Below are positions 50,678 through 62,899 of a stretch of 64,000 nucleotides of DNA, piece after piece; the stretch's first letter is position 1, and the number at the start of each line of letters is the position of its first letter. A program made the translations under genes and the position numbers. The stretch spans positions 12,152,001 through 12,216,000 of the forward strand of contig NC_045730.1 in assembly GCF_009834535.1 (NCBI RefSeq), written 5' to 3'. The notes under the pieces are model-generated. The model did no database searches. It was not told the origin of the DNA and was given only the letters and a program-made list of their open reading frames with translations. This stretch comes from Camelus ferus. Taxonomy: Eukaryota.

Positions 50678-52375
50678 TTAAAGACAGGGATGTGCTTTAC
50701 TGCCTGGGGTTTCCGACAGGTGATGAGGTTGGGCGGTAGCGGGAGAGCCAGCATGCTGGCTCGTGTTCTGGAAGCTTTCTCCGTTTATTTGGTCGGGTGA
50801 CGGTGGTGGAATGGAAACCGGGGGCCTGGAGGTTGAAGCCAAGGTGCTGGGAGAACCGTCTGCATCGGACTGAGAGGACCGAGCTGGGTCCGCCGCGGGA
50901 GCCCGGAACGTGCTGCCGCCCTCGGGGGCCGCGTCCCCGCGTCCCCTGCGTCCCCTCTGCTCAGGTCGGACGTGCTGGTGCGTAAGCGCTCCCTGGCCAG
51001 CCAGTCCGAGATGGACAGGTCCTGGGCTGAGCATTTCGGCTTCAACCGGTTCACAGCTGAAAGTTCCGGCTCTCTCTCCCCACTCTGCTCCTGCGCCTTC
51101 CAAAAATTCAAAACACTGATTTCAGTAGCATCCCTGTGCCCTCCCAGCGTGTGTCTACGTTTGATATTTTTCCTTTTGGCAGGATCGGCAATGGGTTTTT
51201 GATTTCCTACCCCAAACATGTCATCTGCCGGCGCTCTGGGCCTCAGTTTTAACCTATCGGCTATTTTTGTTTTCCACGTGGGCTCCTGTTTCTCGGATTC
51301 GCCTCGGGCTGGTGGTGTCGGTAAACTCCCTGTCGATTTTCCTTTTTTCATAACATCGAACACTTTTGTGATCGAAGGGGTATCTTTCTCATTCTTGGTG
51401 TCTCCTAGGCTCCCGCTGTCCGACTTGAATCTAGCGGATTTTTTCCTGGACAGCGTGTCACACTCTATCAGTTTATGGGAACTGAAGAGCTGCCTCCGGC
51501 TCTCCAGGCTGGGTGTTAAGCTTCCCTCCGTACAGCTAACTTCACTGCCTTCCGAATTTCTCCGGCTCGTCTTAGGGGCCTCTTGTAGCTTTCCCCGGAA
51601 GAGCCTGTCGGACGGCAGGGCCGCGGGGAAGACGGGGAAATCACTCTCACTGTCCGTCTCCACCGGCCGCCCTTCGCTGACCAGCTCGCTCCTCTCGTCG
51701 TCGGCCTCGTCCCCTTTACTCTCCGCCACCGACTGCACCTCGGGGCTCAGCCGGCTGGAGTCCAGGCCGGTCAGGAAGGTGGCAGACGACGTCGAGGAGC
51801 AGTCGGAGGTGACAGGTGCTGACGTTGGCCAGGTACTCGCCGCGCTTCGTCTCGGGGCTGGTGGACTTCCTGGTGGAAAACCTGGCCAAGGATGCCTGGG
51901 AGTAAGCGCTAAGGGCGCCGGAGTCGGACCCCGCGTCTTCCAAGTGCGAGGCCTTCTGTGTGGCGAGGGACCTGGGGCTCTCCCGCAGGACGGCGAGGCG
52001 ACAGCTAGGGGTGGGCGACTTGGGCTGCTTGGCGCTGGGCGGGGGCGGGGGCTCCCCCACCGGCGCGCTCTCCCTCCGCGCCCCTGCCTTCTCGTCCTTG
52101 GCTGCGCCCGCGTCCTTCCTGGCGTTGCTCTCCTTGGAAGGGACCATCCTATGTTTCCTGCCCGGGGTCTCGCTGTCTTTCTTGGTCTCTTCTTTAATAT
52201 CGTTGTGACACTGCTCTGCGTTTTCTTTCTTAAAAAACACATTGTCCAGTTCGTCTTCTGAGCTGCTGGGTTGCGCTTTCTCTTTTGGCTTTTTCCTCTT
52301 GCGACTGGCGGCCGCAAAGATAGAGGACACAAGCAGGTCCCTGCTGTACTGGTCCTTTCCGGATCCCCAAGAACC
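50678..52375 (-). CDS. ARHGAP21: ARHGAP21 last coding exon ([29 protein letters not shown]...SKAHPCL*), with two apparent frameshifts (51814 and 50931-50946)
   Basis: cttctcag|GGT TCT TGG; the homologous peptide is split over successive frames; TAA at 50680-50678. Confidence 0.95.
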
Positions 52376-52411
52376 CTGAGAAGCAGAGAAACCAGACTTT
52401 GAACGTGAGAA

Positions 52412-52822
52412 TGTGAAGGAAAAGCCCTGATGGGCTAACGAGCTAAGTCACAAATCTAAGTGTGATAAGTGTCGGTTTACTGATATAAGTTCTGCCGGGC
52501 TAACTCATAAATCTGAAGTTTAGTGTCAGTTTACTGGGCTAACAAGCTAACTCATAAATCCAAGCTCAACAAGTGTCAGTAACGTGATCTGTTCCAAATT
52601 GATAAGCTCTAGTGTACTGATTCCTTGCTTTTTGTTGTTTGAACCTTATTGGCTAATAGCCCCATACTTGTAATTAACCCTATAAAACCTCATGTGCACG
52701 TCTTGGAGGTGCTCAGAACTTCAGAGCAGAAGCCCCTCTGAGCCCGCCTGCCGTAATAAATCTGAGTACTCCAACCCTACGAGTGGTGCTTGTTTCTTGG
52801 CTGGCCTGTCATTTCCGTAACA
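52412..52822 (+). mobile_element. Intact ERV1-type solo LTR, 411 bp
   Basis: TG...CA ends, 4-bp TSD AGAA (52408-52411 and 52823-52826), ~50-bp U3 tandem repeats, ATTGG at ~52648, TATAAAA at 52681, AATAAA at ~52755. Confidence 0.9.
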
Positions 52823-53410
52823 AGAACATTACTGAATTCATTTTCTGAAAAAGTCCCCCCCCCACCCCCCCGGATATTTCTTAACTACTAAAGGTGAGCA
52901 CTAACAGAGTATGCTTTCTTATACCTCCTTTTAACTTGTACTTAAGATAAATTTTTCTCTTTATTTAATTAGCCCATTTCTTGGCTGGTGGTATTTGTTT
53001 GCTATTTATGTGCCAAGTCACAGCTCACATACGCCTGTCTTTCAGGGACATATTTGCTGCTTGGTTTGCTCTAGTCTCCTATTCTTGTCAACTACCCTGA
53101 ATCTACTGACCGTCCCTGCTCCTGCAAGGCTCAGAGGGTCCTCAGGTCCCTTCATCTAGAACATGGGATTCATAAAGAGTCAATATTCCCACTCAGTTGG
53201 ATACAACATTCTGACATCGGATACAAAAGATTTATGACTGCCTTCAATCTTCTCATTACAGATCCCACATGACATGGATCCTGCGTCAAATAAGCTCCCA
53301 CTGGCTCAGCCAGGCTGGGTTTGGAGACTGGTTTGGAGTCAGGCTGATCTCAAGTAACTACAAAAATCAGAAAATTTAAATAACAGAAAGTCAACTAAAG
53401 ATCTTAAATC

Positions 53411-53424
53411 CTTACCATAGCAAC
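53411..53424 (+). promoter_or_regulatory. Near-consensus RFX X-box
   Basis: CTTACCATAGCAAC, 13/14 match to GTTACCATAGCAAC. Confidence 0.35.
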
Positions 53425-54337
53425 ACTGGAGTGCACCGCCTGGGGGAAGCGGTGGGTGCCTGCAGCCTACCGGCTCTGCCAGCTATGGGTTCTTGACGGC
53501 AACTATTGAAGACTATTTAATTAACCTGTTCATAATGCCCACCGGCTAAGTAAATGCAGGGGGGATGTCAAAACATTAGCTGGTTTAATACACACTTTAA
53601 GACAAGCAGGCAGGCAGGCAGCACATTTCTCTATTGTCATAAAAATCTTAGACAAGCTGGAACTACTATATTGAAGCCTTGAAAAGTAAAGTAAAAATTT
53701 AGGCTCTTGTATTAAAAGATTTCCTAAGTTGTTACAAAGAATTACATTATTTGGGTATCCATTATATATTACAGGCATGATACAGGCACCACCATAATTA
53801 AGATAAAGTGACTGCTATAACCAAAGATTAAAAAATATGCATCTAGTAAGTGGGAAGGAGGGAACTTCAAACAGGCATGAAGTCTAAAATCTTATATTCT
53901 GGCAAAAAAGGATGGGGCACCTGCTCCAAGTTAAGTCTAAGGAGACGTGACAACATAATGCAAGGAGTGATCCTTGACTGCATCCCTGTCCAGGGAGACA
54001 GAAAACAACATTGTTGGGACAATTCGGGAAATCTGCATAAAGACTATACATCAGAAATAATAATGTATCATGTTAATTCCCTGAGTACAATAATTATACT
54101 GTGATTATAAAGGAGAATGTCCTTGTTCTTAGGGAGGCACAATGAAGCATTTAGGGGTAAAGTCTTACCATGTCTATAAGTAATTCTCAAGTGATTTAGA
54201 AAAAAACATATATATAGACATATATATATATATCAAGATTCACTAACTGATAAATCTAGGGCAAAAGGTTTGTGTCCTATTACACCAGGGACTTTTCTGT
54301 AGGTTTAAAATTTTTCAAAATAAAAAGTTGGGGTGGA

Positions 54338-54460
54338 GGGAGGGGTATACCTCAGTGCTAGAGGGTATGCCTAGCATGGAAGAGGTCTTGGGTTCAATCT
54401 CCAGTACCTCTATTAAAAAAAAAAAAAATCTAATTACCTCCCCCTGCCAAAAACAGAAAG
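54338..54460 (+). mobile_element. tRNA-derived SINE of camelid type (Vic-1-like)
   Basis: ggggtatacctcagtgctagag (A box), ggttcaatctccagtacctc (B box), A-run, then ctaattacctccccc, as recalled for camelid SINEs. Confidence 0.75.
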
Positions 54461-55228
54461 GTAAAAATCACAATGTAAGTGATAGTGAATGATATATCAT
54501 TAAAATACTTTGTAAAATTTTCTGCAAGAAATTAAATTATAATTTAGTCACATGTGACCCCATTATATTTAGAAATGATATGTAAAGTTCAGGTTTCATT
54601 TCTAAATAGAACAGCGTTTTTAGAAATTTATTGACCATTCTACTTGTTACTGTCTCAGCAGACCAAAATTTGGACCAACTGATAAAAAACTGTCTAAGAA
54701 CTATAGGAATTTCTTGGAGGTGTCAACAGAACACAAATTATGTTTAAAAACTGATTCTAAAAACAAAGTTAGTGATCTTGCTGAAAGGAAGGCACCTATT
54801 TTCCATAAACAGTGTATAATAATAACAAAGTCTATCCTACTACTGAAATATTTACAGATGAAACTGGATGTTTGGGATCTGCTTCAAAATAGTCCGAGGA
54901 GGAGCAAGTGGGTGGATGCAGATGAGACAATCTTGGCTGTGTGTTAGGATGGATAATGAAGACTCAGGATACTAATATTCTCTTTACTTTTGTATATGCT
55001 GGAAAATGCCTACTTCTTAAACTATGCTGAGATAAACCCAACATCCCAACTCACAATCTAGTATTCATCGTATTCTATTTTTAAGCGTTGATTTTTCCCT
55101 TCATAAGACTTTGTTGGTTTCTATCACCTGATACGGACCGGGGTATGTCTGCATCTGAATCATAACAGTTGGCCACAAAGCCATTCCCCCACCACTGAAA
55201 TATTTCCAAAGTGTACGAAACAATTTAC

Positions 55229-55260
55229 CTTAGATTTGGTTGAGTCACTAGTGGCTGAAT
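55229..55260 (-). CDS. ARHGAP21: ARHGAP21 32-nt exon (DSATSDSTKSK)
   Basis: tcacag|AT TCA GCC...TCT AAG|gtaaat; phase 1 to 0. Confidence 0.9.
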
Positions 55261-57153
55261 CTGTGAGAAGTTAAATAGAACACGGTCAGTATTAGTCAGA
55301 TTCGTCACCGCTTTCAACAAACAATGCAAAACTTATGGAAAAGACAGGCACAGAACAACATGTGAAAGCCAAACTCAAAAACAATAGAACACAGTGGATA
55401 GTCAGAGCTCACAGAGATGCAAGCTGCACCACAGAAAGCCACCGCCATGAAAGGATGCTGTGAATTGTAGGCAGAATCAGCTCAATGATAGGGATGGCAA
55501 AGGAGCCCTGTACTAAACGAAACAGAGACACTAGGGTTGATAAAATTAGCCAAGTGTTATGTCTAGCAATAAAGCAGCTCCAAGACCTTTTGAAGAATTG
55601 CACCATGTGCCACATCCTGTATCTGAAACTGATACACAATGTAGAACTTTTAAGATTATTGGCTGCCCTTGCTACAAATTGAGACACTTATACTTGGTGT
55701 AATGAGGAGGATTTTTGTCAGACTGTCAATCTTGAATTTTAGAAGCATCTACTTATGCGTAGATAACCCTGCTGCCGGGTCACTTTGGTTTTATGTTGAA
55801 TGATGCTGACCTCTGTGCTTTGGAGCCCTGTTTCACGTCTGTGCAGCCAGGGATCCTTTTGACTAGTTAGAATTGCTACCAGTTTGGCCATTATCTACTA
55901 ACAAAGGCTATTATGGAAATGGAAAAATGGAGAGCATAATTTCACTGTCTGGCAAAAACTCAGGGTATACAAGTATAAAAGAGGGTAGGAAGGGGCTAGC
56001 ACTCTTAAGAACAACACCAATTTTGAAATTTTCTCCTTTGAACTTCAGGGAAATGGATTTTCAAAATTAAATGAGCTGAGCCCCATGCCACGCCCCTTTC
56101 AACACATGGCTCAATGCTTTTATGACTTTAAGAACTGGTAGACCATACCATGCTATTTCTCCTCACGGTCTGCTTCAGAAATAACAAGAAACAGCAGAAA
56201 GACTTTTAAGAAAGTAGCAGTGATCTGTTGACAAGCATCTTGAGAGAAAATGGACACCACAGATCAACTCGGTTGGCATTTACAAGAAGCGGGGGTTTCT
56301 GCAGACAAGGCAGCTGCAGTGGGGACAGCAGCCCTCCTTCTTCCTACAGTTCCAGCTGTCCATCAGGGACACCACGGAATCCACTAGCGACATTACCGTG
56401 TGATAGACTCCTCCCATCTCACCTGGTCAACATCAGTATAGATTTGCCTGTGTCAGTAATGCTGAAAAAAACCCTTTAGGACTAAAGCAAGAACTAGAGG
56501 GAACAAAGGGAGAACATGATGTCAGACGACATGCTAGGTTAGTGCAACAGGCTGGCAGGAGAAAATCTGCATCGGAAGAGCCTATAAAACCTAATACTTT
56601 AACCGAAACATTAGGGCGGCAATTAGAAAACAGAAGACTGTCAAAGAAGATCGACTTTTGCGATGACACCTGTGGTGACAAGTAATACACTGTATATTAT
56701 GGAAACGGTGCCCGGGAGCATTTCACATATTTAACTTGCTGCTTTTTTAACAGAACGTCCAGCTTGAGCATCAGAACTACTCATACAGCCTAGACCACAC
56801 TTTCTGCCATCACAGCAACCACATACTCAGTAGCGTTCATCTGTTTTACCTTGTGATGACTATTACATGGAAACTGTGAATTTAAAGAAAAAAAAAAAGA
56901 AAGAACAAAACAGTGGTTTGCATGCTCATTTTCCCTCGTATTCCCTTTTCTGACAAGCATTACAACTCCATGCACTGCCAATGGCTTTTAGTCACTGGAA
57001 GATGATTACGATCCATCAGAAAAGGAAGGTTAAGTTCTTTATCAGTGGAAAGGAAGAAAAAGAAGGAGAGGAAAAAAAAATCACAGTGAATTGTTAACTT
57101 AGGATTGAGTTTTGCTTTTTCACGTTACAAGAATTTAGCTTTTAAAAACCTAG

Positions 57154-57325
57154 NNNNNNNNNNNNNNNNNNNNNNNNNNNNNNNNNNNNNNNNNNNNNNN
57201 NNNNNNNNNNNNNNNNNNNNNNNNNNNNNNNNNNNNNNNNNNNNNNNNNNNNNNNNNNNNNNNNNNNNNNNNNNNNNNNNNNNNNNNNNNNNNNNNNNNN
57301 NNNNNNNNNNNNNNNNNNNNNNNNN
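57154..57325. other. N-gap (172 nt), probably hiding an ARHGAP21 exon
   Basis: The flanking exons need a phase 0 to 1 exon, and none is visible elsewhere in this interval. Confidence 0.85.
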
Positions 57326-57616
57326 AAAGATACTTTCTTTAAAATTCAAACAACATTTTAGTAAAAGACACATTTCTGAGTGGAGGACATGTGCTTCATT
57401 TTTTTTACACTGTTTGCATATAATTAATTAGCAAAAAAGGCATCATACATGTATTTTCATTAGATCAGAAACTGAGGAGCTATGGTGACCTGCTTCCGGG
57501 ATGCAAAGCAGACAATATAGCATACAAAGCAGGAAGCTGACACTGCTGCAGGGCCAGGATCTTGTGGCGTCCCAAAAGAAAATGACAGAGCCCGAGCGCT
57601 GATGAACAATACTTAC

Positions 57617-57658
57617 AAGAGGTTCTTCCGCACCCTCTTCTGTGAAAAACCAGTCATG
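57617..57658 (-). CDS. ARHGAP21: ARHGAP21 exon (HDWFFTEEGAEEPL), end of RhoGAP
   Basis: ttttag|CAT GAC...CCT CTT|gtaagt; 42 nt, phase 0 to 0. Confidence 0.93.
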
Positions 57659-57799
57659 CTAAAATTTAAAATAAAGAAGGTGAAAAGGAGAAATTAAATA
57701 ACCCCCGAAATCGATCTAATTTGGAGGACAGTATAGAACAAAAGGTAATTTTCTTAGGACAGAATTTGGTAATAAATTTTTTTTCCCTACCAAATATCA

Positions 57800-58021
<222 letters not shown>

Positions 58022-59176
58022 TTAAATTCTCTCTTTGCATGTTTGGCATTTTATTTCTGAAAGGCTCTTTTGATGAAAAAGAATGCAAAGAACGGTTGAC
58101 TGACGTGTGTTAAAAAAATAGTAATAATACTTCCTAGTTAGAATGTTCGTACAGATTGGTTTATGGAAGTCCTTTTTCTCGCTTTAATGACAATGTATAA
58201 TGCTTAACTGGCATTCATTTTTCCCCCAGGAAGTCTGTGATTGAAAACAATTGATTTGGTTCAAAACTAGTATTACCAGAGCTGGGTTAACTGACAAAAA
58301 TATTAAAATCAAAGAGAATAAATTCTCAAAAGAACAGGGAAATCCTCCCCACAAAAACTAAAATAAAAATTTCCAAATTTACCCCTGTAGTAACATCAAG
58401 ATCACTAATACGTTAAAACCTAATGTTTGAAAATATTTTTTTGACCAAATTTTTACTTCAACCAAAACTTCCAAAGCTTTTTGCTTATCTGTACGCCGAC
58501 ACGAGCACCTCAATATCACATGCCTGTATGTTTGTGTGTTCATTTCCATGGTGTTCTGTATTCCTGGTTAATTATCAAAGGTGCAAATCCTTTGTTTTCC
58601 TTTGTTACAGTGTTTGGTGAAAGTTTTTGAACTTAGGATTTGATTAAATGTTAAATAACCAACCCCCAAAACATACCAGAAGGTAAAAGAAAAATCACTG
58701 CAGAACTCAAAAAAAAAAATTCAACCTCCTTTTACCCTTTTGTCCTCTCAACCCCACCCCGACCCTTTCCACTCTGGTAACCACTACTCTGTTGTCTGTA
58801 TCTATGTGCTCTTTTTGTGTTTGATAAAGGTAATATGGTGGTGGTAAAACAAAACAAAAGTCTTATCTTCTTAAGTCTAAACAAAACTAAACAAGAAAAT
58901 AGCTGTTATTTTTCACTGTATACTATTTGGCACATTTTTGAATTGTATTGTAAATACTTCCCATTTAAATTGTTATTATACAGTTGAAAAATAAAAAGAA
59001 GTAAAATTTCTGACTTTTTCACTTTTCTTGATGGATAAATGTAAAAGAAAATGTCTTTAAAAAATAACAATGGATATTCTGGGGATCTTCTGCTTTAAGA
59101 GTGATCTTTAGCGGGAACTGATCACCAATATGATGTATTTTAGAGCTTTTGTTTAATTATAACCTATTTTTGACTA

Positions 59177-59371
<195 letters not shown>

Positions 59372-59424
59372 TTAAATGCTGGTCTTTTTGTTGTTATCTC
59401 CAAAAAATACAAAATAATACCTAC

Positions 59425-59498
59425 TAGTCTTTTTAATGTTTTCAGACGATCTAGAGGATCCTCCTTACGATTGGCTTCAATAAAGTCAGCATATTTAT
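59425..59498 (-). CDS. ARHGAP21: ARHGAP21 RhoGAP exon ([25 protein letters not shown])
   Basis: tgtcag|AT AAA...CTA|gtaggt; 74 nt, phase 1 to 0. Confidence 0.95.
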
Positions 59499-60103
59499 CT
59501 GACAACAACATCAAGAACAGAAAAGCGAATTTATCTTAAATTGTTTAGGTGAACTATAATCTAGTTTTCCTTTCAATTTCAAACCATAATTAAAAAGAAA
59601 AAAAAAAAAGTAGGGAAGACCCCCCCCCAAATAGCGTTTGAAATATTAACTCCCTAAAACTGCTATAAGTTTTTAATGAACATGATGATAATTATCATCA
59701 AATACAGGAAATTCCCTAAAATGTGAGTTCTCTGACGGTACATTCTATATTTATAAAGTCTGCCACTCTCTGTCCCTTGACCACAACCTCTACCACACGG
59801 TCTTGTGTAAGTCAAATAGTTGGCTTGACTGAAAAAATGGTTTTTTACTAACTGTACCTTATTACATATCAAGACTTTTGACAGAATAATATATTTTAAC
59901 TTGATTGTAAACATGAATGAACAGCATAATATATATTTTACTGAACTTAAACAATTTTTTATCAATTCTTATTTTTGAAATGTATCAGGAGAAAAAAAAT
60001 CCAGATGGCAAAAAGTAGCACATAACCATGCCTTGTATATAAATAAGAACTGAACAAAATCTTCTGTTCCTTTGACAGAAATATTTTCTCCCAGTTCGAT
60101 TTA

Positions 60104-60534
<431 letters not shown>

Positions 60535-61197
60535 TTAATGTAGCACGAATGCTTATCTTTCATGAATAGATGTGTATCATAGGTAAGAGATCCTTTCATC
60601 CAGGAGGAACCACTGTATAAATTGCTGTTCTTTGATAGAGAGAAAATAGAGAATACAGACATTGCAGAACAGGGAATAGATAACAACCAGCAAGAGATAC
60701 TTGAGTCAGTGGAAGGAGAACCATTAGGTCAACACAGAAAGAGGAGGATTCATGGAGAGAGAACATTCCAAGAGGAAAGGTGAGCAGGTGGGAGCAGCTG
60801 AGTTGAGTAAAAGAAGGGGGAGAAGGAAAAACATCCATCCACTTGTGATACGGATCCTAACACAGATGTTCTAAACACACACAAATGCACATTTATATTT
60901 ATCATACTTTCTTAATCAAGTCCTTGTTCCCATCCTTCTAAGATGCTAAAAACAGAAATACACGATTTGAAAATGAATTCTTACAACCCTTCCAGATACA
61001 TTCTTAATGGTTGAATATTCTATTTCAAAGTCAATGCATCAGGAAAAAAGCACTGTAGATAAAATTACTCAACACACTTGTATAGGTCAGAAATGCTTAG
61101 AGAAACTAAGACCTGATAAGAAGAGGAAAACACCCAACAGACCGACAGACACCCCCTGAGGTCTGCACGGCCGTGTGCTCAGGTTCTGTTATGACTA

Positions 61198-61395
<198 letters not shown>

Positions 61396-61934
61396 TCATT
61401 ATTCAAAAGAAAATGACATAAGAAAATGGAAACGAGTGTTTAAATCATGACTTTAACGATCCTTTATCAATATTTATATAAATCAGTCCTGTACTATAAG
61501 TACCGTATCCTTTACTTATCAAAAATATTCTACTGTCTTCCTAATATAGCACGCCTTTCAACCTTCCATACAATTTATGTTTCTTCACCCTTTGACAATC
61601 TGTACCATGAAGGATTTTCTTTAAAACAGTCAGGAAAAAAGAATAACTGTGAGATCTTTATTGTGAGATTTTGGCCCAAGGAAATAGAATGGTTTTATTT
61701 CAAAATGAAAGCACCTGTATCCTCTGCATTACTCCTATCTATATTTTTTTATGTAGATGTATGTGCTGAATTTTCCTTCACTTGGTCTTTATTGCGAGGA
61801 CCCCCCCTTGAGGGCGTGATCCCGGGGCGCGCGCGCCCTGCGCTCACGTCTGCAGAGACGCCCCGGAGAAACAGGGAGCGCCCGCACCGCCCCGGGGCGA
61901 AGCCGAGACTCATGAGAAGCGCGGACGCCAGTAC

Positions 61935-62071
61935 CTTTGCTGAGAAGCTTCCTTTCGGGCTCCTCCTTGGGCGAGTGTGGACTCTGCGTTCGAGGCTCCG
62001 CTCTGGCACCCAGCAGGGTCTGCCGGATGCTGAGGCTCTGCCGGGGCGTCCTGGGCACCTGCTCCGCTTTG
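61935..62071 (-). CDS. ARHGAP21: ARHGAP21 exon ([17 protein letters not shown]...RKLLSK)
   Basis: cggcag|C AAA...AAA G|gtactg; 137 nt, phase 2 to 1. Confidence 0.93.
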
Positions 62072-62149
62072 CTGCCGGAAGAAGGGGGCGTTCCTGAACA
62101 AGCGCGCATCTTACATCCCAGCCGCCTCGCAGGCGTGGTGGGGTTCTCA

Positions 62150-62239
<90 letters not shown>

Positions 62240-62899
62240 TTAGAAAGTCGATTCTAAACTTGAATAGGAATTCTCATTTGGGGGGAGGGGCTCTATATTG
62301 CGCTACTTTGTTTATTCAATACGGACACTGTGGAGCTGTGTTAAAACCTCTATTCAAATCACAACTGTGGGACAAGAGTTCTCCGTTTAGGTTCTGTGCT
62401 CTGCCAACACCTAGACTAGTACCAGCAAGTCACTGGTGTTGAAACTTCTTGACCTGACATTTTAAATAAATGACTGTGAAGCAGGGAGCCAGTTTTTTCT
62501 CTCATACCAGAAAGAATGATCGGAGTTTCAAAATAATCCAATTGGACAAAAAGTGGAATCCTACCAAAATCAGTTAATGGTTAATTTGGAGAAGCAGTGA
62601 GATCGAGAATCAGTTTGGATCAGAAGTAGCAGTTAGATTATCAGAAGAAAAAAGCTCAACTGTTTTTAACCTCAACAGGCTAACTTAGAAAACACGCTAT
62701 ATGGAGAACTCAGAGTTGACCATTAGGTGGTGACTTTTTTTTCCCCTACTGATTCCAATTATATGTTGATACATGTCCTCACATATTTTTTTTTGACTTG
62801 TCTCATTTTGATCTCAATGAACATTGTAACTTACAATGAATACAGGCTTTGGAGTTGAACAATCTTGAATTCAAATCGATTCTTCTCATTTTCCAACTG

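Noticed and set aside
50931-51814. Idea that the +1 and +8 indels compensate (net +9)
   Set aside because: The outer frames do coincide, but the intervening frame stops at 51718-51716, and the homologous peptide lies in the shifted frame.
51218-52261. 347-aa plus-strand ORF
   Set aside because: Antisense shadow of the GC-rich ARHGAP21 last exon.
54338-54410. tRNA gene
   Set aside because: A and B boxes are degenerate, there is no full cloverleaf, and it is followed by an A-run and SINE tail.
56560-56669. Fourth acceptor (ccacAG|GTGTCATCG) in the ARHGAP21 intron
   Set aside because: Weak pyrimidine tract and no convincing matching donor.
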